Shown one piece after another: positions 32,640-42,928 of a stretch of 64,000 nt of DNA. The notes below the pieces were generated by a model, which was not told where the DNA came from, did not search any database, and saw nothing but the letters and a program-made list of their open reading frames with translations. The stretch's first letter is position 1, and the number at the start of each line of letters is the position of its first letter. The stretch is from contig OZ251539.1 in the NCBI GenBank assembly GCA_965243135.1, positions 2,048,001-2,112,000 on the forward strand. Reading direction: 5' to 3'. The DNA is from Alphaproteobacteria bacterium. Lineage in GTDB: Bacteria; Pseudomonadota; Alphaproteobacteria; MPNO01; UBA830. The position numbers and the translations under genes were made by a program.

Positions 32640-33840
32640 CGTCCCGCCCGCGGACGGGCGAGCCGACGGACCGGGAGTTTTCGTCGTCGGCACGGTTCTG
32701 ACGCTTCTGATCGGCATTAACGCGGTCAGCACCGACACCCTCGCCCCGGGCGTGCCCGCGCTTCGCGACTACTTCGGTACGACCACGAGCGCAGCCAATC
32801 TGGTCTTCACCGTTTACGTCTTCGCGTTCGGCGTCATGCAATTGCTTTACGGCCCGATCGCCGATCGCCTGGGACGGAGGCCGGTGCTGCTGGGCGCGAT
32901 GGCCGTCTACGCCGTTGCGACGCTGCTGTGCAGCGTCGCCGAGGAGTTCGAACTTCTCCTCGCCGCCCGCTGTCTGCAAGGCGCCAGCGCGGGCGCCGCC
33001 CCTGCGCTGGCGCGGGCGGTGATCCGCGATCTCTACGGCCCCGAACGGTCCCGAAGCGTGATGAGTTACGTGATGTCGGCCTTCGGATTCGTGGCCGTCG
33101 CAGGTCCCCTTATCGGCGGATGGCTGGTCGCTTGGTACGGGTGGCGAACGTCCTTCTATTTCTGCGCGGTCTACGCGGTCGTCACGATCGTCGCGATCTA
33201 CGCGTTCCTCAAGGAATCCCGTCCCGCGGACGCGCCGACGGACTTCGCGTCCACTTTCGCCAGCTACGCGCGCATCGCTCCCTCGCCCGCGTTCCTGACG
33301 TATTGCTGCACCAACCTGTTCATGTACGCCGGAATGTACGCCTGGCTTGCGGGAAGCATGCTGGTTCTCGTGGACGCCTACGGATACCGCGAAGACGTTG
33401 CCGGAGCGCTCTTCGCAGTGAGTTCCGGCGGCTTCATGCTGGGAGCGTGGTCGGCGGGCCGACTCGGAGTACGCGTCGGCACCCCAAGGCTGATCCTGTC
33501 GGGCGCCGCGTGCGCCGTGTCGGCGGCCATCGTTCTCGTCGCCCTCGCCCTTGCGGGCGTTCGTTCCGGGACGGCCGTCGCGATCCCGGCCGCCGTCTGG
33601 ATGTTCGGCCACGGATTGCACTATCCGCATTCGATGGCCGCCGCCGTCTCCCCGTTTCCGCAATCGGCGGGGGCCGCCTCTTCATTGATCGGCTTCTTCC
33701 AAACTTCCGCCGGCGCGGTCGCCGCTTTCCTGGCAGGCCTGACCTACGACGGGACAGCCGTGCCGCTGGCCGCTCTGTTGCTGTCCTTCAGCGGCCTGGC
33801 GTTCCTCGCCTACGCGCCGTTCTTCCGTCGCTCCCCCTGA
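32620..33840 (+). CDS. Bcr/CflA-family MFS transporter
   Basis: QLLYGPIADRLGRRPVL motif A, ARAVIRDLYG, about 12 hydrophobic segments. Confidence 0.88.
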   Translation: MSTGADDVPPADGRADGPGVFVVGTVLTLLIGINAVSTDTLAPGVPALRDYFGTTTSAANLVFTVYVFAFGVMQLLYGPIADRLGRRPVLLGAMAVYAVATLLCSVAEEFELLLAARCLQGASAGAAPALARAVIRDLYGPERSRSVMSYVMSAFGFVAVAGPLIGGWLVAWYGWRTSFYFCAVYAVVTIVAIYAFLKESRPADAPTDFASTFASYARIAPSPAFLTYCCTNLFMYAGMYAWLAGSMLVLVDAYGYREDVAGALFAVSSGGFMLGAWSAGRLGVRVGTPRLILSGAACAVSAAIVLVALALAGVRSGTAVAIPAAVWMFGHGLHYPHSMAAAVSPFPQSAGAASSLIGFFQTSAGAVAAFLAGLTYDGTAVPLAALLLSFSGLAFLAYAPFFRRSP

Positions 33841-33859
33841 GAACGGCCGCGCGGCGGCG

Positions 33860-34825
33860 TCACGCGCCGTCCTCGAAACGGTAGTAGTTGGCGAAGCGCA
33901 TCAGGAATTCATCCGTCATCGCGAAAAGGACGGAATCCTCGTCCGCGCTATGTTCGATCCAGTTCCAGATGGGCGCGACGAAGGCATCGCCGCGCGACCA
34001 TTCGATGGTCTCGTCGCCGATGCGCGACGTGCCGGAACCCATCATCGGACTGTAGACGACGTTCGCCGAATGACGGAATTTCCGCGTGGCGCAACCGCCG
34101 TCCAGCCTCTCGACGTAAATCCCGATGGTGGGCATCTCGTCCGCTTCCAGCCGCACGCGGGGCCCGAAGAAGCCTTCAGGGTCGGGTTCCGCGTCCTCGA
34201 TCCGTCCCAGGATCGTTTCCCAGGCGAAGCGGTAAGGCGAGTCGGGCGTGACCCGTTCGACGGGCGCGAAACCCTGCGGATGCTCCTCGAAGAACATCGG
34301 TTCGAGCAGGTGCGTCAACGGAACGTCGAGACCGTCCAGCCAATAGGCCGGCCGGTCGCCGTCGTGTCCGTGCCCGTGCCAGCACCAGCCCGGCGTGAGC
34401 ACGATGTCGCCCGTCTGCATCGGGTGCTTTTCGCCGTTGACGACGGAGTAGGAGTCCTCGCTGTCGATGATGACCCGCAGGGCGTGCGGCGCATGGCGAT
34501 GCGTTCGGGCCCGTTCCCCGGGCAGTATCATCTGATAGGCGTTGATCAGTGTTCTGGCGGTCGAGATGTCGTTGCCTTCCACCGGATTGCGCAGAATCAG
34601 GTTGCGGCGCTCGGCGAGTTCCGTGTTGATCAACCGCCCGGCGGCGTTCAGGGCGGCGAGGCATTCTTCGTAGCGCCAGTGCATCGGCTTGAACCGGGTG
34701 CCGGGTTCCGCGCGAAGAATCGCCCGTCGCCGGTCGATCCAGCCCGGCGTCATGTCCAGCGGTTCGAGGGCGGCGTAGAGTTGATCGAGGTTGCCCGCGT
34801 CCCGCAGCGTTTCGACCTTTTCCAT
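33860..34825 (-). CDS. Gentisate 1,2-dioxygenase-like bicupin
   Basis: AERRNLIL, QMILPGERARTHRH, LTPGWCWHGH, WLDGLDVP. Confidence 0.85.
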   Translation of the reverse strand: MEKVETLRDAGNLDQLYAALEPLDMTPGWIDRRRAILRAEPGTRFKPMHWRYEECLAALNAAGRLINTELAERRNLILRNPVEGNDISTARTLINAYQMILPGERARTHRHAPHALRVIIDSEDSYSVVNGEKHPMQTGDIVLTPGWCWHGHGHDGDRPAYWLDGLDVPLTHLLEPMFFEEHPQGFAPVERVTPDSPYRFAWETILGRIEDAEPDPEGFFGPRVRLEADEMPTIGIYVERLDGGCATRKFRHSANVVYSPMMGSGTSRIGDETIEWSRGDAFVAPIWNWIEHSADEDSVLFAMTDEFLMRFANYYRFEDGA

Positions 34826-34946
34826 CTTTTCCTCCCTTTCGCCCGAAAACGCCGACCGTTTCGCGGCGTCGTTCCGCATGGTAGGCTGCGGCGGGCGGCC
34901 CGAATGATACCGGGTCGAGTCGACGGACGGAACAAGGACGAACGAA

Positions 34947-35669
34947 ATGGCCGAAGCGCGAAGCCGGGACGAGTTCCTCGCCGAGATGGAGAGGCGTTTC
35001 GAGGGGAAACGGCACTCGGATCACGCCATGGTCAAGATGATCGCCGACGGTACGGCGTCGCGCGCGCAGATCGGCTATCTGGCCGTGCTCTTCTACCATT
35101 TCACGAAATGGACGCCGCAGGTGATTTCGACCATTCATTCCCGCTGCGACGACCGCGCCGTGCGACGGCGCATCATGGACACGCTGATCGACGAGGACAC
35201 CGAACTCCGCTGCGGCTCCGCGGGACACGACGTGCTGGCCATGGATTTCGCGACTCGCTTCACGCGCCTTTCGCAGGAAGAGGTTGAACGCCACCCGGTG
35301 CCGGCCTGCCTCGAGAACATGACCGCCTACCGCTTCAGGATCGCTCGCGAGATGCCGGTCACGATCGCGCTGGGCAATTCCGGCGTCGCGTCGGAAAGCC
35401 ACGCGCCCGAAATGTGCCGGATGATCTCGGACGGGCTCCGCGAGCACTACGGCGTCGACGACGAACACCAGGAAAGCTGGATCGTGCATATCGAAGGCGA
35501 CGAAGACCATTCCGAGACCGCCTTGAAGACGGTCCTGGAGTTCTGCACCACGCGGGATCTTCAGGATCGGATGCTCTGGTGCATCGACGAATATCTTTCC
35601 CATTGGGCCAACTTCTGGAACGAGTGTCTCGCGGGAAAGTTGCGCGCTGCCGCGACGGCCGCCGAGTGA
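34947..35669 (+). CDS. Heme-oxygenase-like diiron (HDO; TenA/PqqC/CADD fold) protein
   Basis: LIDED...GH, ASE and HIEGDEDH (HxxxDxxH) metal-ligand pattern. Confidence 0.75.
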   Translation: MAEARSRDEFLAEMERRFEGKRHSDHAMVKMIADGTASRAQIGYLAVLFYHFTKWTPQVISTIHSRCDDRAVRRRIMDTLIDEDTELRCGSAGHDVLAMDFATRFTRLSQEEVERHPVPACLENMTAYRFRIAREMPVTIALGNSGVASESHAPEMCRMISDGLREHYGVDDEHQESWIVHIEGDEDHSETALKTVLEFCTTRDLQDRMLWCIDEYLSHWANFWNECLAGKLRAAATAAE

Positions 35670-36010
35670 AGGCCGTTCTTCGCCCGCTTCCGGCGAACGC
35701 GTCGGGAATTCCCCGCCTGACCGTCTGCGTGAACGATCGCGGACCGGACGCGATAACCCCGTCGTGCGGCCGGCGCAGCGGAACGCGCCTTCGCGACGCG
35801 ATCGCGGCCGCGGCGCGCGAAACGGGGATGGAAGTGCAGACGATCAGATGCCTCGGACTGTGCGACAAGGGGCCGAACGTGCGGCTCGCGCCCGGCAACA
35901 ACTGGTTTCACGCCGTCGATCCGTCCGACGCGCCGGCGCTCGTCGAGGCCGCGGTCGAACACATGGCGCCGCTTGCGGGGGCGGCGCGCGGCGCCGAAAC
36001 CAGTTCCTGA
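35666..36010 (+). CDS. Thioredoxin-like (2Fe-2S) ferredoxin
   Basis: VCVN...PSCG...CLGLCDKGPNV; GTGA overlap with the HDO stop. Confidence 0.8.
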   Translation: MKAVLRPLPANASGIPRLTVCVNDRGPDAITPSCGRRSGTRLRDAIAAAARETGMEVQTIRCLGLCDKGPNVRLAPGNNWFHAVDPSDAPALVEAAVEHMAPLAGAARGAETSS

Positions 36011-36027
36011 GAAAATCGTTTTTCCCG

Positions 36028-36056
36028 CTGGAATTTTCCGGTCGGCGTGCTATATT
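36028..36056 (+). promoter_or_regulatory. Putative promoter of tRNA-Asn
   Basis: CTGGAA-17nt-TATATT with an extended TG -10. Confidence 0.45.
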
Positions 36057-36072
36057 CCTTTCGTCCTGCTGA

Positions 36073-36148
36073 TCCTCGGTAGCTCAGCTGGTAGAGCAAG
36101 CGGCTGTTAACCGCTGGGTCGGGGGTTCGAGTCCCTCCCGGGGAGCCA
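36073..36148 (+). tRNA. tRNA-Asn (GTT)
   Basis: TCCTCGG...CTGTTAA loop...TTCGAGT...CCGGGGAGCCA. Confidence 0.97.
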
Positions 36149-36155
36149 ATATCGA

Positions 36156-36188
36156 AAAGCGGCCGGAACCGGCGGTTCCGGCCGCTTT
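36156..36188 (+). terminator. Intrinsic terminator after tRNA-Asn
   Basis: Perfect 15-bp stem AAAGCGGCCGGAACC-ggc-GGTTCCGGCCGCTTT. Confidence 0.7.
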
Positions 36189-36429
36189 GACTTGACGACC
36201 GAGCTCCGCACAGCAAGCTGGCACCGGTCACGGATGGGCGCATCGTTCTCTGCCGGGTCGAAATGCCCGCCATAACCCTGTCAGCCCCTATACCGGCTAA
36301 TCGAACCTCGCACGGTTCGCTCGAAATGACTTCGCCGCAATGCGCTGTCACGGTAGGTCTTCTATGCGTCTGTGCTTCGACGGCGCAACGGCAATCTCAA
36401 GGGCGTACGGGCTCGCCCTGTTATCCCTC

Positions 36430-36669
36430 CTACACCGAATTACCATCTGGAGAAGTCTCGGGCCATCTGCCTACCGTCCAAACGGGCAGCGTCCCATCCT
36501 CGGCGCAGATGACCTTCAGCCACTCGTCCACTATCTCGCACAGTCGGTACACCGCCACTTCGTCGGTACCGTGACTGCACGGGCTGATGACCCCGGGGCA
36601 GGAACCGACAAAACATTGATCTTCGTCCGACCACTCGGCCCGTTTGACGTATCTCGCGCTGTCCTTCAC
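36430..36669 (-). CDS. HicB-like antitoxin (possibly degenerate)
   Basis: RYVKRAEWSDEDQCFVGSCPG...HGTDE...LCEIVDEWL; GTG start overlapping the stop of the upstream remnant. Confidence 0.65.
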   Translation of the reverse strand: MKDSARYVKRAEWSDEDQCFVGSCPGVISPCSHGTDEVAVYRLCEIVDEWLKVICAEDGTLPVWTVGRWPETSPDGNSV

Positions 36670-36860
36670 GTTCGCGCTTCTTCTATCTTCAGCCGCACCT
36701 CTCGTTCCTGAAAGGGTTTGGCACCGTCCCCCTGATTTCCTGAGATCGTAACGCGCTGCGCCCTCGGGTGCCGACAATTCCTGTGGTGGTCCACTGTCCC
36801 GGCGATCCCCCGGCCATCCTGCCCAGAGATTGCCGACCGCCTGCCGTACGCTTCGGAATT
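36666..36860 (-). pseudogene. HicA-like toxin remnant
   Basis: HRNCRHP...VTISGNQGDGAKPFQEREVR resembles a HicA C-terminus; the N-terminal part (RSVRQAVGNL) lies in another frame. Confidence 0.6.
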
Positions 36861-36894
36861 AATCATGGGAGTTGAAAGGTGCGGGCGAGGAATA

Positions 36895-36952
36895 CGCACG
36901 TTCCCCCTTCTGGCGAAAATCTGGGCATCTTCGCCAGAAGGGGGAACGTGCG
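36895..36952. repeat. Perfect 23-bp inverted repeat with 12-nt loop
   Basis: CGCACGTTCCCCCTTCTGGCGAA / TTCGCCAGAAGGGGGAACGTGCG. Confidence 0.9.
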
Positions 36953-36978
36953 GCTTCGGGTTATTCTATGTTAGACGC

Positions 36979-39900
36979 TCAGAAGGGATTGGGCAGCCCT
37001 TTGACTATCTCCACAGTGCGAACGCTCACCGTCGTCACTCTCTTTATCAGGTCCAAGATGTAACGAGGGTCGCCGATTTCGGTCGCCCAGTCGTTCGGAT
37101 CGTTGGTTATGCCGCTCTCCTTATGTGTTCTCATTCGATAGCGCTCGATTAGCCAGTCCAGTGCCGAGCGCGTTCCGAGGACGTATTCGTGAGCCTGGGG
37201 CGGTATGCCCGCTAGTGTCAGTCCCGCGTTGTATACGATCCGCGTCCTGTCTTGTTCATCACGTTTGCCCGGATACTTCATCTTGACAACTCTATAGGCG
37301 TCGGGCGAACGGGGATTCCATGCGCTGCTCCGGATTTCTTCCAGTGGGTATGGCTCGACGCTCTCGTAGCCGACATGCAATTCTGCCAATTTCAAGCCCG
37401 CTTGAGCGAAGGTGCGGAAGTCCTCGATGGAGGCTGTCATGGGAATCCGCGCTTGGGATTTCGCTAAATCATTGGCGAACGTTTCGCGCCATTGCGCCGA
37501 ATGTAAGACGCCATAGACGTAGTAGAAAAGGTCATCTTCGGTGATGCGGCTATCGCCGCATCGCGTGCGAAACTCCTCCAGCGCCCGCGGGTTGATGTTG
37601 CTGACGCGTTCCGGGGGGGGGGGGGGGGGGGGGTAAGGGACGACCGCTGGTAGCGCCAGCGGGGGAGGTAAGGACTGGAACCGTTGCCACTGGTCAGTCC
37701 CGAATCCGAGATTGCGTTGGTCATTAGCGCCGAGAACGGAACGGAGGAGCCGGGACCGGTAATGTATATGCCTCGGTTTTCAGCTTCGATGTCAGGGTAG
37801 ATTTCTGGGAAGTCGCGGATGCTGTTGTTCAGCTTGCGATCGAAGTACAACCGCTGCTTGAAAAATGGGCGATAGGCACCGACGCGAAATCCGCTTTCGT
37901 CCACTCGGTAGCACTCGCCTTTGGCGAGGTCGCGGTAGTTTTTGGCGTCCCAATGGAATCGGCGCGGGTTTTTGGTAACGAATGCTTTTGCCTTGGCGGC
38001 TTGCACTGTCGCCAATCCGGACGAGTTGGTTTTTCGGAACTCCACTACCAGATCGTTGTAGTAAGCTATGCTACGGCGAATGTTATCTTGAAGTTGTTGT
38101 TGAGATGAGTTGAACGCCCAAGCGTCTCGGGAAGTCACCAGCCCCAGCGTTCTCTTCACGAAGATGGGCGCAGGTTCGCCCGGTGCTCCCGCAGCGTCGG
38201 ACGAGGAAAGAGGGTGAAACGTCTGGAAATCGTCACTTCGTTGCTCAATCCAGTCGCCATGCTTGTTTGGAACGACATCCGTCCAGTCGGTTTCGGCTAG
38301 ACTGCTCGCGCCCAGAATCTCAAGCTTCTGCTCTCGCGAGAGACAATCGCCGATATTTCGGTACCAGATACCGCGGCCTGCTGACTGCTTGACCAATATC
38401 AGGATGGCCACGCCTGCTTTGGTGGCACCTCCGAACACTCCGCCGCCTTCGCGCTGTCGCTTGTCGCCAGAAGTGTTCGCGTTTCCACGAAGGTTGTAGC
38501 AGTAGACGGCATCGAATTCCTCGGCCACCGCCTTGCGAAAGCCGTCGAAGGCGTTACTTCTAATGAACCCTCCGTTAGTGACGAAAGCGACTACTCCGCC
38601 CTTATCGTTCAGAATACGATCAGAGGCCAAGCGAATCGCCTTCACATAAGGATCATACAGCGCTGCCAGATGGTTCACATCGGACCTAGCCGCGTAACTC
38701 TCTTTCACCCTGCCGTCAATGCCCGGATATTCTCGATTGTTCGTTGCCGACCAAGGCGGATTGCCAATAACCACACGAATATCCAGTTTCCTCTGCCGTT
38801 CCATTCGCTCGTTGTTCGAAGGGATTAAGACGTCGTCCATCGGTGCCTTCGGCTCGTATGCTTGGAACGTGTCCGTCAAAACTCCGCCGCCGAATGGCGC
38901 ATACTCGTTGGCTCTCATGGCTTCATGGTAAGCGGATTCGATGTTGACCATGGCGATGTAGTATGCTAGCAACATTATTTCGTTGGCATGAAGCTCGCTT
39001 TCGTATTTGCGCTGCAGGTCTTCGCGCTCGATGAATCCGCTCTGGATCAGTCGCGTTATGAACGTCCCTGTTCCTACGAACGGATCTATAACGTGGACAT
39101 CCGCGTCTCCGAGCGACGCGCCGAACTTTGCATTCAACACGTTCTCTACGCTACGAATAATGTAGTCCACTACCTGAACCGGCGTGTAGGCGATACCTAG
39201 ATTTTTTGCGGTCTCCGGCAGCGCCTTCGTCAGGAATCGTTCATACAGCTCGGCGATTATCCTCTGTTTGCCCGCCGCTGTCGTCACGCCCTCCGCTCGG
39301 ATTCGCACGTCTCGATAGAACCGCTCCAGCCCCTCGGTTTCCCTCTCGAGCCCGTGGTCTTGGAGCGCATCTATCACGCCCTGCATGGCACGGGAGACGG
39401 GGTTACGTTTGACGAAGGCGTAATCCTCGAACAGTGCGTCGAACACAGGCTTTGACACCAGATGCTGGGAGAGCGTCCCAATAGCTTCGTCTTTGGTCAC
39501 GCCATCGTTCAGGTTGCTCCTCAGACCATTCAGAAATCGGTCAAACGCAGGGCGGACGCCGGAGTCGGGTATCGCCAGCAGCGCACGGATTCGCGCCTCG
39601 TGGCGCTCTGCTATCTCTCGAACCTTGTCCGCCCACTGCTCCCAGTAGTGCGGATTGGAGTATTTGTCCACAACCCTCGATAGAATAGCGTCTCGGAACT
39701 CTGGCGAGCCGCTGATTGCGAGCGGCAACTCCATCTGTTCGACGTCGATGACGACGTTTTCTCCAACGCCGATGTCCCCGCCTGCTGGGCTGCCTGTCGA
39801 CGGCTCCTCAGTCTTAGCGACCAGTTTCAGCTGGTTTATCTTCGCCTCGAACCTGTCGTCGTGCGCGGCGATGGCGTTGATGACCTGCCACACCGCCTTG

Positions 39901-41813
39901 TACGCCCCGTCGTTCACGGCATCCTGCGGCGACGAATCGGGTGCCCGTGCTATGGGCAGTATGATGTACCCGGCCCGCTTGCCCGCCGACTTCCGCATCA
40001 CTCTGCCCACCGCTTGCACTACGTCTATCTCCGAACTGCGCGGTTGCAGAAACATGATGGCGTCCAGCGCCGGGACGTCTATACCCTCCGTCAAACATCG
40101 GGCGTTGGTCAGGATGCGGGCACACCCCTCGTCCGGATCCTCCCGAAGCCACGCAAGGCTGGCCGAGCGTGTCATCGCGTTCTGCGTTCCGTCCACATGC
40201 CGAACTTCACAGCGGAGTTGGCCTTCGCTATCCCCCTCTTCCGCGTCCGCCGCCATGCAACTTTCGATCACCCGCGGGAAGTACTCCGCGAACGCTTCGG
40301 ACTGCGCTATCGAGTTGCTGAAGGCCACTGCTCGCTTGGCGGGCGAAAGGTCGCGTCCGAAGTCCAGCCCCGTCGCACCGCGCTTGCGGAGCGCGTTCCA
40401 GCACCCGACCATCCGAGCCCCGTTCTCCATGTTCAACTCGGAGCGGGATTCCGACAGCAACCCATGCAGATCCATCCCCACCTTCTGCAGGTCGACATCG
40501 AATATCAAGACCTTGTAGTCCGACAGGATGCTCATTTCGATGGCTTTGCCGAATCCGAGACGGTGAAACTCCGGCCCAAACATACCCTCGTCGTCCATCG
40601 AGGCGAGCGTGACCCTGCCATCGTCGTTCGCCTTTTGCTTCACGGCGTCTCCGTAGATGCGCGGGGTAGCGGTCATGTACAGCCGCTTTTCGCCAGCAAT
40701 GAAGCCGTTGTCGTGAACTCGACGAAAGTTGGACTCGGTTTCGCCGGCGAGAGTCGCACCGGTGGTTCGGTGCGCCTCGTCGCAAATTATCAGGTCGAAC
40801 TTCGGAAGCCCCATCCCCTGCGCTTCGGACACAGAGGGCAGCGATTGGTATGTGGAGAATACGACCGACATGGCGGAGTCGCTCTTGGCGTTGCGGAGTC
40901 GCTCCGCGAGAGTCGCCGCGTCGGTGGACGCGGGCAGAGGCAGGTCGAAAGGCGAGATATCGCCATCGTCGTCCCGCAGCCTGCTCGCGCTAGCGTCAGA
41001 GCATACCGCAAACGGCTTGAGGGGAATGTCCGCATCGTTCACCCAATCTCTGAGCGACTGCGACAGCAGCGATATGGACGGCGTGAGGAACAGAACGTCG
41101 CCGCCAACGCCAGCAACTCTCTCCGCTATGCGGAGCGCCGTGAAAGTCTTGCCGGAACCGCAGGCCATTATCAGCTTGCCGCGCTCATTTTTGGCGAAGC
41201 CTTTGAGCGTGTCTTCCAGTGCCAATTGCTGGTATTCGCGCAGTTCCTTGTTCGCTTTTCGGACCAGCGCTCTTGGACGTGCGAGGCTGAAATCTTCCCA
41301 GTTTATAGACGAATTCTCGAATACTTGCGGACCCCAGCGGGAGACGGGTTTATCACCTCGTCCGCGAAGGGCATCCTCGGAGTTTCTGCCCCATTTGTCG
41401 GTTGTGGAGACAAACACGCCGCCAACGAACTCGTCGGTGGAGTACGCGGCTAAGAATTTGTTGACCTCTGGGAGCGATATGGTCGCACTGGGCGCGTAGA
41501 ACTTACATTGGATGGCTACCAACCCGCCCCTGTCGCGCTCCCTCGCCACGAGGTCTATGCCCGTATCCTGCCGTCCCCTTCTATCTGGATACTCCGACCA
41601 CAGCCAAACCCTGTCGAACCGCAACGCCTGCCCCTTGTCCGTCTCGATGAACGCCTTGACCAGCGCCTCGAATACGCGCCCCTTCTCGGACGAGTTTCGA
41701 GATTTGGACGCCAGAACTTCGAGAACGTTCTGGAAAGAGGTCGGCGGTTCATGCTCGTACTGCGGAAAAAGGACGGACATTCGATTTTGCGGGTCGTTCA
41801 GGTTCATTATCAT
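36979..41813 (-). CDS. Type ISP restriction-modification enzyme (LlaGI/LlaBIII-like), frameshifted at a C21 tract
   Basis: Mrr-like DTGIDL..AIQCKFY, MACGSGKT, DEAH, DPFVGTGTF, GNPPW; C-terminus (EDDLFYYVYGVLHS...SALDWLIERY...NDPND) continues in a shifted frame after 37613. Confidence 0.9.
37613..37633. repeat. 21-nt G homopolymer (C21 on the coding strand)
   Basis: Counted directly from the sequence. Confidence 0.95.
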
Positions 41814-42563
41814 GTTTCATTTCCCTTAATGTGTTGCTAACCCTGAGCTACAGTTCGGTCACATCGTTCCGCGAATCGAAGATTTTTGCGCGGCAGCCCT
41901 CGCCGCTCGAGATTTCGCGCCGAGGGCGGCCTCGTATCGCCCTGTCATCACGCCCTGATGCCCGAACGAGGAATGGTCACGTCGCGACAGGATAACAGCG
42001 CGAGTCCGGGGGAACCATACCCAAAGTTATATACTGTCGTTAACGGACGATATGACCGATCCATGTACCAAATGATCTGTCCAGATATGGAACGCTTCCA
42101 GACCAAGGCGGCGGCGGCGGGCGGAACAGTTACAGGGACTGAGGGGGGCGAGAGGTGTCGCACCCGTATGCCGAGCCAAGGCGAAGCGGCATGGGCGTTT
42201 CGGAGCGCACCTTCCGACAATGTCGCAGGGCGAGCCGCCGCGTCCGCGTGCGACACATCCGAAAAATGTCTGTCATCAGTCGGCCAGCCGTTCGCCGAAC
42301 CCCAGCATGATCGGGGACAACACCGGCAGAATCCCGCAGCGTGAACAGGCAGACATGCGCTCCGCCCGGCGCTGTCCTTCTCATTAACCCCGGCCGCCGA
42401 GTGCTGCGTGCCGTCTACGGTGCGGTTTCGTAGCGCCGGACTCGTACTTCGCCGCAATGCTGCTTCCAGGATGCCTCCAGCGTTGTCGACCGCGCCCGGC
42501 AGGTTGAAGGCGAAACTACGGACGGACTGGCCAAGTATCGAGATGCCGGGCTATCCTCGCTGC

Positions 42564-42884
42564 ATGTCAGACAACGTGGTAACGCTCGACCTCGCTCGTT
42601 TCACGGCGACCGACGCCAAAAAGATCGAGGAGCTGCAACGGAAGCTCCGGATGATGCGCAGATGGTGTCGCTTCGACCGGGTCGAGAAGGACGGCGCCGA
42701 GGCGGTCCATCTTTATTCCGGTGACCGGGGCCGGCAACCTTACGCAAGCTATCGGCTTTCCCGTTCGAAAACAGGCGTCTACGAGCTCTTCGACGGCCGA
42801 TCAGGCGACAAGCTGGCCGTCGGAAGAACGGTGGACGACGTCATCGACGCCCTTCCCGAGGATTTCTACCACTCGCGATATTAG
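42564..42884 (+). CDS. Hypothetical protein
   Basis: Protein-like composition from MSDNVVTLDL with genome-like codon use; no recognised motif. Confidence 0.6.
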   Translation: MSDNVVTLDLARFTATDAKKIEELQRKLRMMRRWCRFDRVEKDGAEAVHLYSGDRGRQPYASYRLSRSKTGVYELFDGRSGDKLAVGRTVDDVIDALPEDFYHSRY

Positions 42885-42928
42885 GGAGGACGCCCTTCCC
42901 CGACGGACTTCGCGCCGAAACCGCGCCG

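Noticed and set aside
36844-36976. Possible integron attC: GTCTAAC (RYYYAAC) directly after the type ISP stop, followed by a palindrome
   Set aside because: There is no matching GTTRRRY at the far end, no convincing L boxes, no integrase and no second site.
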